In this document: in pieces, positions 1-13,573 of the stretch | How the letters are laid out: each line of letters opens with the position of its first letter | How positions within the stretch are numbered: the stretch's first letter is position 1 | Assembly: GCA_036172245.1 (NCBI GenBank) | Contig: JAYWIR010000007.1 | Coordinates: 1,116,001 to 1,180,000, forward strand | Length of the DNA: 64,000 nt | Source: Raillietiella orientalis | Taxonomy: Eukaryota | Direction: 5' to 3' | Notes under the pieces: model-generated | Databases searched by the model: none | Seen by the model: only the letters and a program-made list of their open reading frames with translations | What the model was told of the DNA's origin: nothing | Made by a program: the position numbers and the translations under genes

Positions 1-140
1 TGTTTGAATTCTCATTTCAATTCAAGAGATCAAAGTTTTAAAAGCATATTTTTAATTTTCAGTCACTACCTAATTAGTCGGAAGGGAGGAACACTCATCT
101 CTTCATCTTTTGATATTTGTTGCCTTTTCTGCCCATTAAG

Positions 141-305
141 GATGGAAGTTCGTCACTTTCACTCCCTCTACAGTTTGCAAAGAGGAGTTTTCTGTCAGTA
201 TCAGGTGATGTGAACGTTCCTTTAGTTTTGTTTTCAAAACTATTTGTAAAGTTTTTATTCACTTTTGATTTTGTTTAAACTTGCAGATGGAAGCTTGAAT
301 GGTGA
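141..305 (+). CDS. Probable last two exons (141-204, 287-305) of an unidentified gene entering from the left edge; best frame reads ...WKFVTFTPSTVCKEEFSVSIRWKLEW*
   Basis: Acceptor ccattaag| at 140, donor CAG|gtgatg at 204, T-rich 82-nt intron, acceptor aacttgcag| at 286, TGA at 303-305. Frame chosen on plausibility only; protein not recognised. Confidence 0.4.
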
Positions 306-3300
306 TCGAGTACTGAAATCCACCAATTCATTAGATCTTCCCATTTTAAACCTCGTTCTAAAAATCGCACCTCCTCTCTTTTTTTTTTTTTTTTCCTAGT
401 ATTTTTCCATATTTCCGTCTTTAGCTAGTTTCTGTTAGGGGAGGGGATCAATGCTGCATAGACTTTGCTTACCATCGGCAAAGGCAAATGCCCTAGCTAG
501 CCAAACCGATCTGATCGCTGTCTGTCGAGGCTGGCTATTGCATTTCGATCAGTTCATTGTAATTTTTTTAGATTTTCCAACCAGTGAAAGTCAAAAGTAA
601 GAGTCTGGTTGCATGCGATTTTAAATTAATTATTTTTCAGCTGTAGCATTTCATTAGTTTCACGCGTTTTTTCACATTGTATCAATAATTCTAAATGCAC
701 TGTAAAGAAAGGAATAGAAGTAGATAAACCGTTGTTTTAGAGTGTCCAAAGTTTATATGCTGCGTCCATAAACTTTGAAACATTGTGAAGGAATGCAAGT
801 CATGATTCTCAAACCATGCATTTCAAATAAACTTATGCAAACAGAAAGCATCCATAGTGTTTCTGATGTAAGCAATTTATGGTAAAACGTCATGGACTTG
901 AAGATAACCATGTATTCGTGAATTTTCAAGATTGCATAGCATGTTTCATTTTTGCTTTTCTTCTCCCCCGTTTTTCAGATGAAGCAGAAGACATTTCAAT
1001 GCTACTTTGCAGTTATTTTTCATTCCCTTAAATATTTTTCGTTGTAATCTCCTGAGATTTTTGGATAAAGTTTTTTCTTCAGTCGTATGACATTAGATAG
1101 GAAAAAACAAAAACAAAATCTATGCCTTATGCCATATTTTTAGTTGGGAGGATAGAAATCTAGTGGCATGTTCAGACTATTATTTATTTAATCGATACAG
1201 TAATTCTTATAATATGATGGCATAACATTACCCCTTTTCATCGTTAAACGATTTTGTATACCAGGATTCGTGGCATTTTGTGATGTTAACTTTCAAATAA
1301 TGAAAGCTTTCATGGCTCAACGAACTTTGGAGTCAGCGATCCTTTAATCAGCTATCTTGAAATAATAGTATTCGTTCTATTCACAGTGATTTACTCGATT
1401 TTCATATGCTTTAGTAATTAAAAAAGAATACTGACTCGCTATTGCAGTGTTATGATTAACACATTGTTTTATAATGTTTCTAAAACAAAATCCAGGAAAA
1501 TTTATGCGTCTTTTGACAAATCGAATCATTCATAAACCTCAGATGGTTGTTGTTGTTTTTTTTTCTATTAGTGTTTTCTGTTATCTCTTTTAGATTCATT
1601 TTCGTTTTGTTATCCATTATATTAGCCAAGTCACATGGATGTCGAATGATTAAGAAGTGGCATATGGTATAGCATTTTGCTACTGTTGAACTGTTTATCT
1701 GTAGGGAGTGGGAGACCTTTCTTTTGATTAGAGATGATTCTGTCAAAATTTAGAGAGTGCATAAGAGTGTTGTTAATCCAAAATGAAGCAAAGTCAGGTA
1801 TTGCAGTGTTATTTTTGATCTAACTGATCCTTTTTTTTTAAGGTGGAGATATGCTTCAGAGCTCGTTGTGCAAAATGCCTGCTAGATAAAAAGGAAAAAA
1901 AAGAAAAGAAAAGCAATTTCCTTGCAAAAAAGGTAGGAAATGCGGGTTCAAGATAGATTTTCAGATCAGCAAACTGAAGAGCAAAGATGTAAATTTTTGA
2001 GGTGTCATTTTCGTTTTTCAATTTCGAACATTCTGGCTTTTGAATTCAGTGCTTGAAGAAATCCATTTTTCTTGGAACGTTTGGACTCACAATTCACAAG
2101 TTCAATTCTGAGAATACTAAAAAGGAGCTACTAACTGTGTTTTCAGTTTTTCCTTAACAAATTGATGTAATTTTCAAGGATTTTCTCATGTCATTCGACT
2201 GAACTCTTAATTTAATTTTAGTCTGTCATGCATGATGTTCACATTAACCAAATAACAAGTCTCATAGAGCTCTTATGTTTCTGTGATCGTAGCACGATGC
2301 CTTTATTTGATATTTGAATGCATTTGCAAACTATTAGGGAAAAAAATAAGTATTTAAACCTTGTTTTCAAAGGTTGTGGAGTCTGCAGTAAGCTACAGTT
2401 CTTATTACCCTTACTCAAAAACTTTTGGATAAAATTCTGCACCTTGTTTCGTGAACCTTTAACGAATGTTCAAAATCCACAAAGCAAACGAAACTTTGGA
2501 TGTGTATTTATTTTAAAAACACATGCTGCAAATGTTTAGATAGGTAATGACTAAATGAGACTTGGTTCCTTTATTTCAAAGATATGTTTTAGATAGGCGC
2601 TTAATATCTTGATATGAATTTTTACTACTGCATATTCATGTATACGTTCACAGAGTGACAGAGCAGCATGCACGCGCAGAGTAAAACTGTTACTAAGGAA
2701 AACTCTCATGAGCGTATTTAAATCGACGTGTATATATCCTGTATCTTTTCAATTTGTTTGAATGCTTAATTTTCGTTTCTTGAAATATGTTCCCTTTTTG
2801 CAGTTCCCTTTCCCATCATCAGTGGATTTAATGATGATAATCACTGCTATGAAAGATTTAACTGATTTTTTCTTCTTCTTCTTCCTTCTCGTGTTTCGTG
2901 TATTCTTTATTTTTTGATGTTGTTTCTGTTTTTTCCAGTGTACTGTAGATCAGTTGACGGTATATGTAATCTTTACTTCAGCACTTCTAGATTTCTCAAT
3001 TTTTTGCTGCTCTTAATTGGAATGAAATTCATGATTGGAAATGGGAAGATTTTTTTTTTTTTACCTTATCGAAAGAAACATTAGGATCACACTTTTTCAC
3101 CGGCTCATGGTGATCTTACGATCATGAGGGAGTGGGTTGAGAAAAATATGCTTTATTTTCTTATTTATTATTTATCTCGATGTGGATTGTCCCCAGTTGA
3201 GTTAGTTATCGGAGCTGTTATTTATTTAAGCTATTGGAACTTAAGACTGCTAATATGCATTGGTTTTTTCACACAATTAGGTACACCTGAGCACCATGGT

Positions 3301-3321
3301 TATAATCATTGAGCTCAATAC

Positions 3322-3372
<51 letters not shown>
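3322..3372. repeat. Compound microsatellite (TA)n(TG)n
   Basis: Directly visible dinucleotide runs. Confidence 0.95.
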
Positions 3373-3375
<3 letters not shown>

Positions 3376-5779
3376 CGATATGTTTTCTTGAATAATTGTA
3401 CTGGAGATAGGCTTTCCTAGATCCTTGGATCCTTTTTACAAATCCCAAGTCATCAGATATGAGTTCCTTTCTGTTGAACCAATGAATTCTTTCAGAATTC
3501 ATTGGTTTAGGGTCTTTGTAAAAGGATTTCAAATTTCGATCTTCATTGACACTCTGGGGTTCATTCAGTAAAGAGTTCGTATTTTGAAAACCATCTCTAT
3601 TGGTTTTTACCGAAGCGGTTAGCACGGATGTCGACAGACCCTTTCGATAACACGGTTTACCAAGATCATAATTGTGGGACCGGACTTTCATTTGATTAAC
3701 CTGGGCTCTACTAAGAATCCGAATTGCAAACTTGGATGATGTTTTTTTGATATATTTTTAGGCAATCGATGAAATGGGAGGAGGCAAAAATCACTCGGAC
3801 GCAAGCATTTATTTTGCAAACTGTTCAGAATCCTATTCTAGACTTGATGCACTTCTTTCATGAAAGCCTTTGCTACAGAGCTCATGAAGACATATACGAT
3901 GCTGTACATCCTGAGGCTAACTAAATTTGGCACTGACCAAACAGCAACTTTTTCATCTTCCCTAATATCTTCCCAATCTATTGCCCACATTTACATGTGG
4001 TTATCTCACTACTACACATAGTCTTGAAGTCTGCTACATTTTCTGCATTCCAGTATTTTTTTTTTTTTTATAGAAAATTTGCAAGATTGTTAAGTAGCAG
4101 TACTGACTTTGAATATTCGTTCAAGTCGATGCGATTCATTGTCTTCAGGAATGGATTAAGTCGCTGACGAACTACAGTTACGCATTTCCACTGTCGCATC
4201 AATGCATTTGGTTCAGGGAAACGAAAGATGATGATGGAATTTTGCCTTTTTTCAAGTCAAAAGCAAAATTTGACGATCAGTATTGGGAAAATGTCTCACC
4301 TGCCTGTACCTGCTACAGTCCTAATTTTGGTTGTTGCCTCAAACCCTTGTCAATGAATCTAGTTGGCTGCTTGGTGTTAATTAATGCTCTTGAAACAGGC
4401 GATGCTTTTGTGTGATAATTAGAGAATTCTGTACTTGTAGAAACATTCTGTACTCAGCAATGTGGGTATCGCACGCAGCAATTTATGGTCAAAGTTGCAC
4501 AAAAGGAAGCAACGTTTTTGAATTTTTCGCCTGTGCAACGAAATAATTAGAATTTGATATTCTCAAAAACTGATTACCCTGTGCTCTAATTATTCTCTCT
4601 TTAAGAGGTAATTCACCTGTGGTCATTGTGTGTGTGCGTGTTTGTGTTTGTGTCTCCCTCGACTCCGTTGGCAAATGTTTCTGAGAATTAAGAATGAAGT
4701 TTTGTGCATTATTCTATAAAGATAACATTTAACAGCAATGTTGACCATGCTTCCAACAGAAAGATAAATTTTCAGTTCGACTCGGAATGTGCAAAAGGCA
4801 TATGTATGAAAAAATTAAGAGGAAAAAAAGAAAAAAATGGAAAGAAAACAGAGCATATTTTGGATTTTACTGCAGAGAGGATTCATACGTAGGTGCGCAT
4901 GCTATTTGTACTTGGTTTTGTCCAGTATTTCTTGTAGCAATCCGGAAACGTAAGTTTCCAAGTTGTGTATTTCATTGAAAACACGAAAAGTCCAGAAGAG
5001 AAGAGGAGAGGAGGGAAAAAAAAAAAAAAAAAAACTTTTTTTTTTTTTTTTCCTCTCCTGTATTATAGTTTTTGTTATTCCTTTTTAACAAGAAAGGTTT
5101 CAGTGGCATAAATACGAAACATCGTTGTAAAGCGGAATTCAGAAATTTGTTTCGTCAGATATTTTGAATACGAATTTCTGTGCCGCCTTGCATCTGTCTG
5201 CAGTCTACGAAAACCCAGACGGTATTCTCGGGATCATTGCCTCGTTGCCTTGCTGTATCAGAATTTTCGCAGCAGTTTGTTTGTTTCCAGTGTACGTATA
5301 ATTGCACCTTTCCTCACATGATGTAAATTTCTAAGTGGCGAACGAGTTGTAGAAAGTTTAGAACCGAATGTATGGAGATAATCGTACACAGGTATTGTCC
5401 AAAGGAGTTCTCAGAACAATAACGAATCCGATATTTGCGTTTGCATTCTCACCAGTGTGTTTCTTTGAATTGCCATGAACCTTTTTTTAAGAACATGAAT
5501 ATATATATGTATGTGTGCATGTATGTATACCACTTGGGATAATTCACGCTGATTTCGAGTCGGACTTTGCGTTTGCATATGCTCATGCTTAATGCGCTGG
5601 CATTGATCGTTTAGTCTAGCATAAAGTTTGTCGTTGTCTTAACTGTCAAGACAGCAGCGCATGAGTACTCCAGAAAATCATGCCGAAAAGCAAGTGTTTT
5701 CCTGTATGAGCGGTGGGATTCCAGACGAACTTTCGAGTAAGTGGTACGAAACCAGTGATGATGTATTAAAGGTACAGAC

Positions 5780-5816
5780 AGAGAGAGAGAGAGAGCGAGA
5801 GAGAGAGAGAGAGAGA
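5780..5816. repeat. (GA)n microsatellite
   Basis: Directly visible, one interruption. Confidence 0.95.
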
Positions 5817-6583
5817 TGATAGCGTTGAAGTTTTCTCTTCCATGGTTCAAGGAATACGAAGATCAGAGTGCCAATATTAATAGAAATCATCATTTGCAAA
5901 CTAATGCGAAAATACTGAAAATAAACTGCCTTGTTGCTGTGCAATCATTATGTAATACATGCTCCTTCGTCAAAAGCTTGGCAATTTGCACCCGTAGATC
6001 CGAATTTGTGGCTTACTTGCAGCACAAGCTCAATTCTATGGGTCTATATTACTAAGTAATAACGGCTGCATCTCTAGAACTGAACAGGTGAAAGTTGCTA
6101 TTCCATTTTTTTTTTTTTTTTTCCTCTCCTCCTCCATTTCGAATATTTGAATATGATGCCTCTTCGTTTTCTTTTGAAACTATTTATATCGTTCTGGATT
6201 TAATGTTTGTTTTCATTCTAAAAAAAAAAAAAACAAAAAAAAAAAAACAAAAAAAAAAAAATTTCCAAATCAATTTATTATCAGTGCCTAAAGCAGGATG
6301 AGGTAGTTGGTTGTATAGTTGGAACTACATTCTTACAGGTGAACTGTACAACTAGCTAACTTACCCTGCTCTAGAATTGATCAACAAGAAAAATGGGCGA
6401 TACATTTTATGTAAAAAAAAATAAAAAAAAAGAGCCGTTAGTAGTATACTTATTAGTAGATTTCAAGAAGCCATTGCTCTGTATGCTTGCAAGGATCGAA
6501 TCTACCTTACTCTGAAATGTTTTCTTTCTCCCTTTCTTTCTGTGCTAATTTCTTCACATCCGTAGCTAGTCCTTCTCTTCTGC

Positions 6584-6623
<40 letters not shown>

Positions 6624-8953
6624 TTTCGCATATTATAATTGTGTTTTTTTGTTATGCCGTCACTTGTCTGCAAGGTTTTTTTTTTGTGGTGCATGCAAAG
6701 AATCCATACTAGCGCCTTGCAGTGTTCAGTGATTAGATTTTTCTCTCTCATGTTCTGCGAGCGCAGACGTCTGGAATATTCTGTGGCCTTGCAATTTTCG
6801 CTCAATTTTTTCAATTGTGTTTTTATAAGAGAAGAAGTTTTCGTTTGGAAACCTGAATTTCTGCGCATTCTGTTTGGCATAGTAATCGAAATGTGCTCTC
6901 TATGTGCACGCAGAACATTTATTAACTGAAATTTTAATGGGGTTAGCAAGCCGGCATTCAGGAAAACGGGATGAGATGCAGCAAACGTTTTCGTTCATCT
7001 CGTTTGACAATTCGCTTGCATACGATTCCCTCTCATGTTGTGCATCACAGGGCCAGCTAGAAACCTCGAACGGGAACCTCATTGTGGTCGTTTTCACCTC
7101 AATACAGAAGAGAAAAGAAAAAGAAGGGGAAAAAGGAAAAGGAAAACGTGGAAGTTACTGTGCGATTTCCAGATCGCCTTGTAAGTGAAGATTTCAACAT
7201 TTTCAAACCTTTACCGTCTTCCCGATGCTGAACGCCAATGACCACATTTCCTTTTTCATCCACATTTTTCATTACACATTGCCATAGTCGGATTCGATGC
7301 GATTAGGAACGTATACAAAAAAAAAAAAAAGAGTTATCAAAGTTAAAAAAAAAAAAAAAGTTTTCCCCAACCCGTTTTGTCAATTATCGTATGAAATCAG
7401 CAACGTTTTCCACGGAACTGTGCAATGGTGTGTGTCTTTACGATCGTACATTACAAGAATACATGGAGGCAATGCACATGGAGCACACCCTCACTTTAAA
7501 GATGGATTATTCGTTTCAAGTATTCGTTTAGGATGATGACACGGCGCCTGTGTTTCATCAACGTACGAAAACTTCTGCACTTGTCATACACATATCTTTG
7601 AGTTTGCCTCCGTTGATCTACAAGTATGTCCGGCATGTTGCTCAATGACATTTTCAAGTTTGCGAATGTTGAATCCTCGGAGAACAATGCGAAATCGCCA
7701 TCAAGTATCCTTGCACCCTTTCCCTGAGACCCTAATCTGTGAAGGTTTTCTAAAAATCGCAGGTTGGCATCTCAGGTATGGGTGATAGGAACATCTCGTA
7801 AGAAGTGAAACTTCTTGGAAAGTGCTCTCTCCAGTGATGTCGAGGTTTGCTTAAAGGATGGGGGGGATGAGGGAGGTAACGGAAAATAAATTCACAGTAG
7901 TGCTTGAGTAGAAATGTTCTAGAAATGGCAGTGCATTATTCTGAGCTGAATTGCAAACATCTCTTGCGTTATTTTGAGCTTATCTCATCTACGTACAAAT
8001 GTTGTGCAAGAGCACCATAACTGTATATTGAACCAAAGGTGTCAGAAAGGACTATTCCTGAGGAGGACCTGTTCACTGGATGCAAATCAGGTTGGTCCTA
8101 CTCACTGGGGATCACTTTCACAAGTAAATGTAAGTTTCATGTTGAAAAGTAATCACTGCAGTGTTGCATAGAACGCACAATTTTTTTTTTTTTTTCTTTT
8201 TTTCGTCACAGGCCCTCATCATCGTGAGCGTTTTTCATATAAGCAACTCATTTGAATATCCAGATTTACTTGCAACGTCATCGAAACAAATTTGTGTTTT
8301 GCTTTGTTGCATCGTTGGGTTTGCCGTTCTGAAATGATTTTTTTGTTTTCAAAATGATAATTTCAAGTTGTTTGTTCCCCTTGGAAACAGATGCTTTAAT
8401 TTTTCATAGAGACTTCGTCGTCTGCTGCTCTTCTTAGTGCGTGGAACGATACACCAAAAACCTGAAAATAGTAAAGAGCTGTTTTCAAATCACGCTCCGA
8501 GGGATCCACTGGGAACTTTATGTGTGCTTGAAAGTGTTTGAATAAAGCTCAGTTATTTGAAATCGCCTGGTTGTGTCTTTCGTTTCTCCTGGGCAACAGC
8601 GATTATGTGCATTTGCTGCCCACATCTGTGTTATGAAGAAATATATTAGAGAAGAAGCCATACGAAGTTCCCCGAGAGCACTTGTTGTATTGGTTTAAGA
8701 GGAGTTCATCCCATACTTCATGAGGACATCGCGTTTCGCGCATTACCGACAAGAAGACTTTTGCTTTTTCGTGTACTGGACAGGTGGTTGTAAAAGCCCA
8801 ATGTGTGAAAGACGAGAGAGACACAGATGCTTCGCGCAAAGGACCCGATTTCCGTTTCTGATGGAAACAAAGGATTTCGTTTGCATTTCAGGTCGAGTAC
8901 ATAAAAGAACTGACGAGCGAACCTCTATTCTTCATACCAAGACCGGTTTTCAA

Positions 8954-8996
8954 AAGAAGAAGAAGAGGAAGGAGAAGAAGAAGAAGAAGAAGAAGA
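8954..8996. repeat. Imperfect (AAG)n microsatellite
   Basis: Directly visible; a similar (GAA)n run lies at ~16750-16776. Confidence 0.9.
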
Positions 8997-11900
8997 AAAA
9001 AAAAGGAAGCTAAGGAAAGTAAACAGAGACGCACACGTTCTTCATACAAACAAATCCGGATTCAATGAATGCCCTTACGAATCTACAAACAAATCGGATG
9101 CGATGTCCCAGGTAAATTGAGTGAAAACGCCACTATAAACTCCAATTTGTTGATGCTTTGTCGCATTTTGGAAATTAGCAAAGGTCCTTCAGGAAGCGAT
9201 GAAGCATATGACGAAAAGTTCGACGGCGATTATTCCTGATGTGGAAGGAGGAGGGCGAAAATGAGGATGAATGGAATTAAATTACATGAATCAAAAGACA
9301 AGCATGCGGAAATTTCAGGAAAGCTTGCCCACGAGGGAAATCAGTGCGATCGCATGCGTATCTGTCATTGTATTTAAAGAAAACTAAAGTATCTGACTTT
9401 AGTATAAGTTGGAGGAGGAGGAGGAAAAGAAAGGAAAAAACACACACACACACACACAAGGCATCACCGAAAGAAAGGGTTACGGAAACTTGCGTGTTTT
9501 CTAAAACATGCAATCGTTGCTATCCAACTGCACTGGGTAACGAAATGATAAGAGGATTCACGAGAAATTATCACGGTACAGTAGCAAATGATTCGAAAAT
9601 CAAGGAAAAATGCACACTGAACGAGGCTTTACCTGAAAGTAAGGAGCAACTGCTTATATGTATTGTGTACAAAGGACACGTTGGCAGACTAGCGAGAAGG
9701 AAGAGTTGCTGCTGCCGGTGTCTGGAGCAGCCACGAGAAACTGTTGAGCGAGGAGTTTCTATGGTTTACTCTGTGAAGTATGGGTTTTCGAAAACGGAAA
9801 ATTCGGTGCGCCCCAGATGCGTTTACTTTTTCTTTTTTTCCGTTTCCAGAATAGGAATGTCCCTTGTTCAGGAAAGAAAGACTTTCGGAATTTCGGGAAA
9901 TTCGCAATGGTCTGATGATGATGATGATCATGATGGAGAAAAAAAAGATAGGCAATGAAGGGGACGTACGCGGAGTTCAGTACCCCGACAGGCGCAACCC
10001 TGTGGTTGCTGGATTGACATGAATGCGAGCTTGAGAACTGTAACTTGGAAAAGGAAGTTTTATGAAGCACAATCTGAAATGTGGTAATGAAATTAACGAA
10101 TGACCCTCTAGGGAGAGCAAAAGACTCTGCCGTGCTCTTCTGTGAGGATTTCGTTTTTCCAATCCTCCTGTCGATGCAAGGATCTGTGTGTGAATTGAAC
10201 GAAAACTGCTTCGGTTTATATAGACATATTGTATTAAGGCATGAGACTTTGAAATCTGGAAAAAGTGCTTTCGAAGAAGAGTGCCACCACGTGAGAGTCG
10301 GGCACGCTCCTGAGCACGTGAGAGTGGTTCGCAGTTGGTGCAGCAGCAACCACGCAGCTCACGGGGAAGTAACCGATGAATGGAAACGACTTATCACCGG
10401 CGTGGCAAGCACGGGAAGAGCCATTCCACAAACTCCTTAGAGTAAAACTTGTGGAAAAAGACATTCGCAGCTACCTCGGTGTGCAAGCCAGGATCTATAC
10501 GCGGAAGAGTTTGAATGTACAAAGATTCTTGGAAAACGTCTGATGGTATATATATATAACCTCAACGTGTGGAAATGCTGCCCGGTGGTCACACTTTTCG
10601 CACGCCCGCAGCCCGGCATGCCTGCGTGGTTTGCACGCACGCTGCTGCTTTTTCTGCACACACCCCGTTGTGTGAACAAATGAACAACAGAGTTCAGAAC
10701 TTTCTCGTGCCGCTCTTTTCGTGGGACTCCTTCATTGGCTCCGAGGTAAATTTTTTCCCTTACGGACAAGACCGGAGCTTGCATTGAACTGTTTTTATTA
10801 CAAGGATAATGACGATGATAACAACAATTGCACTAAATACACACTAGACTAAAAAAAATTTTCTTTTTTTTTTTTTTTTTTTTTTACATATTTCGATGCG
10901 GCCTCCACCAAACTGATGGATCAGTTGGATACTTTGGTTGGGTAAGTTAAGGACGTGTCCAGTGATCGCTGATTGATTGATTCCGTTGTTTTCCAGAGGC
11001 AACCAAAACTCCGCTGGAAGTTCCAAAAGGGTTTTTTGAATTGCTACGGAGTATCAGTTATTATTTTCCTTTTCAGTTTCGATGAAAGAGGAAACGTAAA
11101 AATTCATTTCACACCAGCCGGCAGATTTCTGTTGTCGTCTTGTTGCTGTTGGAATCGTTGGAATGCTCCCTCCGTGCTCGTTTTCGGAGAAGGTGTCCCA
11201 CGCCGGGACAACGGTCCTAGCAACCTTTTTTTGTTTTTTTGCCTCCTTGGATTAGCGCGAAGGCAAAAAATTTGGCTGCATTACCTTCTTGAAAGGAACT
11301 TCACGAATGTCTTACTGTGGGAAAAAGTCTTAATTGCCGAGGAAAGCAAATTAAAAACTGATTCGTTCTTTACTTGACAATTCATCTTCTCCTGTGCTTC
11401 ATTTAACTGTAAGAAGGTCAAGTTGGGCCTTGAAAAGAAAAAAGAAAAGAAAGAAAAAAAAAAAAAAACCATTATGCAGTAATGCATGAAGATTCACGGC
11501 AGCAAATTTCGCGTGAACATTCGAAGCCATCGAACAAGGAGGATGCAAACGTCTGTCTGTCTGTTTCCTGCTGGTCGGCCCAACACGTGTGAACAGTCGG
11601 TAGTAATTCGCAATAAAACATACGACAAACATACGACATTTTTTTCTTCTTTTTTAGCACGACAAAATCACTGCAAGGATGGCAGGAGAAGTATGGTCAC
11701 ACGTTTCTTTCTATGATGTATTTTTTTTGGCCGAAGCTCTTCGAACTTCACACGCTCGCTTTCGTAGAATGGAGAAAGCACTCGATAAATGCATCAATTC
11801 TCGTAAAGCAGACAGCTTCTCCTCGATTTAGACACCTTTCTCCCTCCCGAGCCCTTGCTTACCATCTTGGGAAGGCTGTAGGAGCTTTCCGTATTAGCCA

Positions 11901-13533
11901 TGGGGCAATACCAATCTGACTAAAGTTTTTTTGTTTTTGTTTTTTTTTTTGTTTTTGTTTTTGTTTTTTTTTTTTTTTAATCCATTTTGGCGGGAATCCT
12001 TCCAGCAAAATTCGAAACTCGGGGGGAAACCGCTGTGACATAATTTACATCCTCGTGCGACTCTATTTTTTGGCGAGCCATTCTGCTCCATGATTTCGCT
12101 TTTATGAACGAAAGCGCCCAAACGCATTTCCCCCCCCCCCCCGCCCTCGTCTGCCTTGCGAAAAGGATGATGGTGAAAGAAGAGGTGCACATGGTGCAGT
12201 GATGTGGACCTCTGGTGCAATCCGAGGTCCACATCACTGAACAATGTGCACCTCCGGCAAGCCGAAAACCACCACATGAGGAACCACATCCCGAAACTGC
12301 GGGCCCTTCCCGTGCTGGGCTCAAGATCTGTTTTGCTTCGCGCTCCTCGCAGAACGCGACAATTTTTCATTTTAATCGAGAAGTATAGCAATCACGGAAA
12401 ATAATTTCCTCACGGCAAGCACTTGGAGACGAACAAGAGATGTTGGGAAGGCGACAGCTAAATAGTAGCCGACCACAAAAGGGGAAAAGAGTTTGGGGGG
12501 GGGGGGGGAGGAAACCCCCCTCCTCCCTTGTAAATTGCTGCTGTGACCCGTTTCCACTGGTCGTTTTGCACTGGCGTACAGTGTTGCTACGAACCGAACT
12601 CCGATGGAGCGAAGTATGAATTTCGAGGTAAAAGGTGGAACGTTGAAAACCGAAAACTCGGTAGTAAGCCACAGTACTCGAGCTACCCGAGGTATGGGTG
12701 GAGCTCGCGCTCCCTCACAACTCACCACCATCCACCGGCAAAAGCATAAGGAAATGCAGCGCGGCTTGCTTCGGAGGTGTTGCGAAATCGTCTGCCTCTT
12801 GTTTTTGGATACATTAAATTGGAAACCAACGTCTCCATGTGATTCACCATTGCTTGAAAGTGCCTCGTTCTTGCGCATCACCGGGCAGAAGCCCTTTGCC
12901 CCCCCTCAAACAACACACAGCTTTTTCGGAGAATGCTCGCGTTTCCTTCTTGAAAAGCGTAAACGTCCCATGCCATCAGTCATTTACTTCGTCATCAACT
13001 GACCACCTTTCGTTCCCTTCTGCAACCTTCTCGTCCGCGTTTCCGTACTTGGGAAGAGACACACGCGGAAACCTGCAGTACGAAACGAAACGTTGAACGT
13101 CATTATGCTGAAAAATTTCCTGATTTACACACACGCCGGCGGTGTTTTCGCGTCCGCACCCTTCTGCATGCAATATGCATGCCGAAGGGCGTGGACGCGA
13201 AAACAAGGATTGAACGCGCAATCCTTGTTCAGACCGATTCAACCACGATGATGATGATGACGACATTTCAATCTGACCTTTTCAATGGTCTTTACTGCAT
13301 TGAACCGGGTGAATCAAACGTAATGAAAGTGACGAATCCACCACCATCCGAAAAAGCAATGGATGAATGCGTGCACTTGTCGCGACTCTCCGTTGCACGG
13401 GGCGGGCGAACACGACCCAAACTGGACAGACGGTGTCTTGCGAACGGTGCCGCTGGCATCAGTGAAAGTGGTCAGCACACTCTCCGCGGTTCACCATCGG
13501 AAGGAGCCATTGCCATGCATTATGGTAAGCCGT

Positions 13534-13534
<1 letters not shown>

Positions 13535-13573
<39 letters not shown>
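13535..13573. repeat. (CA)n microsatellite followed by poly-A
   Basis: Directly visible. Confidence 0.95.

Noticed and set aside
610..13181. TGCATG (Rbfox/FOX-1) motifs in the putative long 3' UTR
   Set aside because: About seven noticed over 13 kb, not clearly above chance for this composition.
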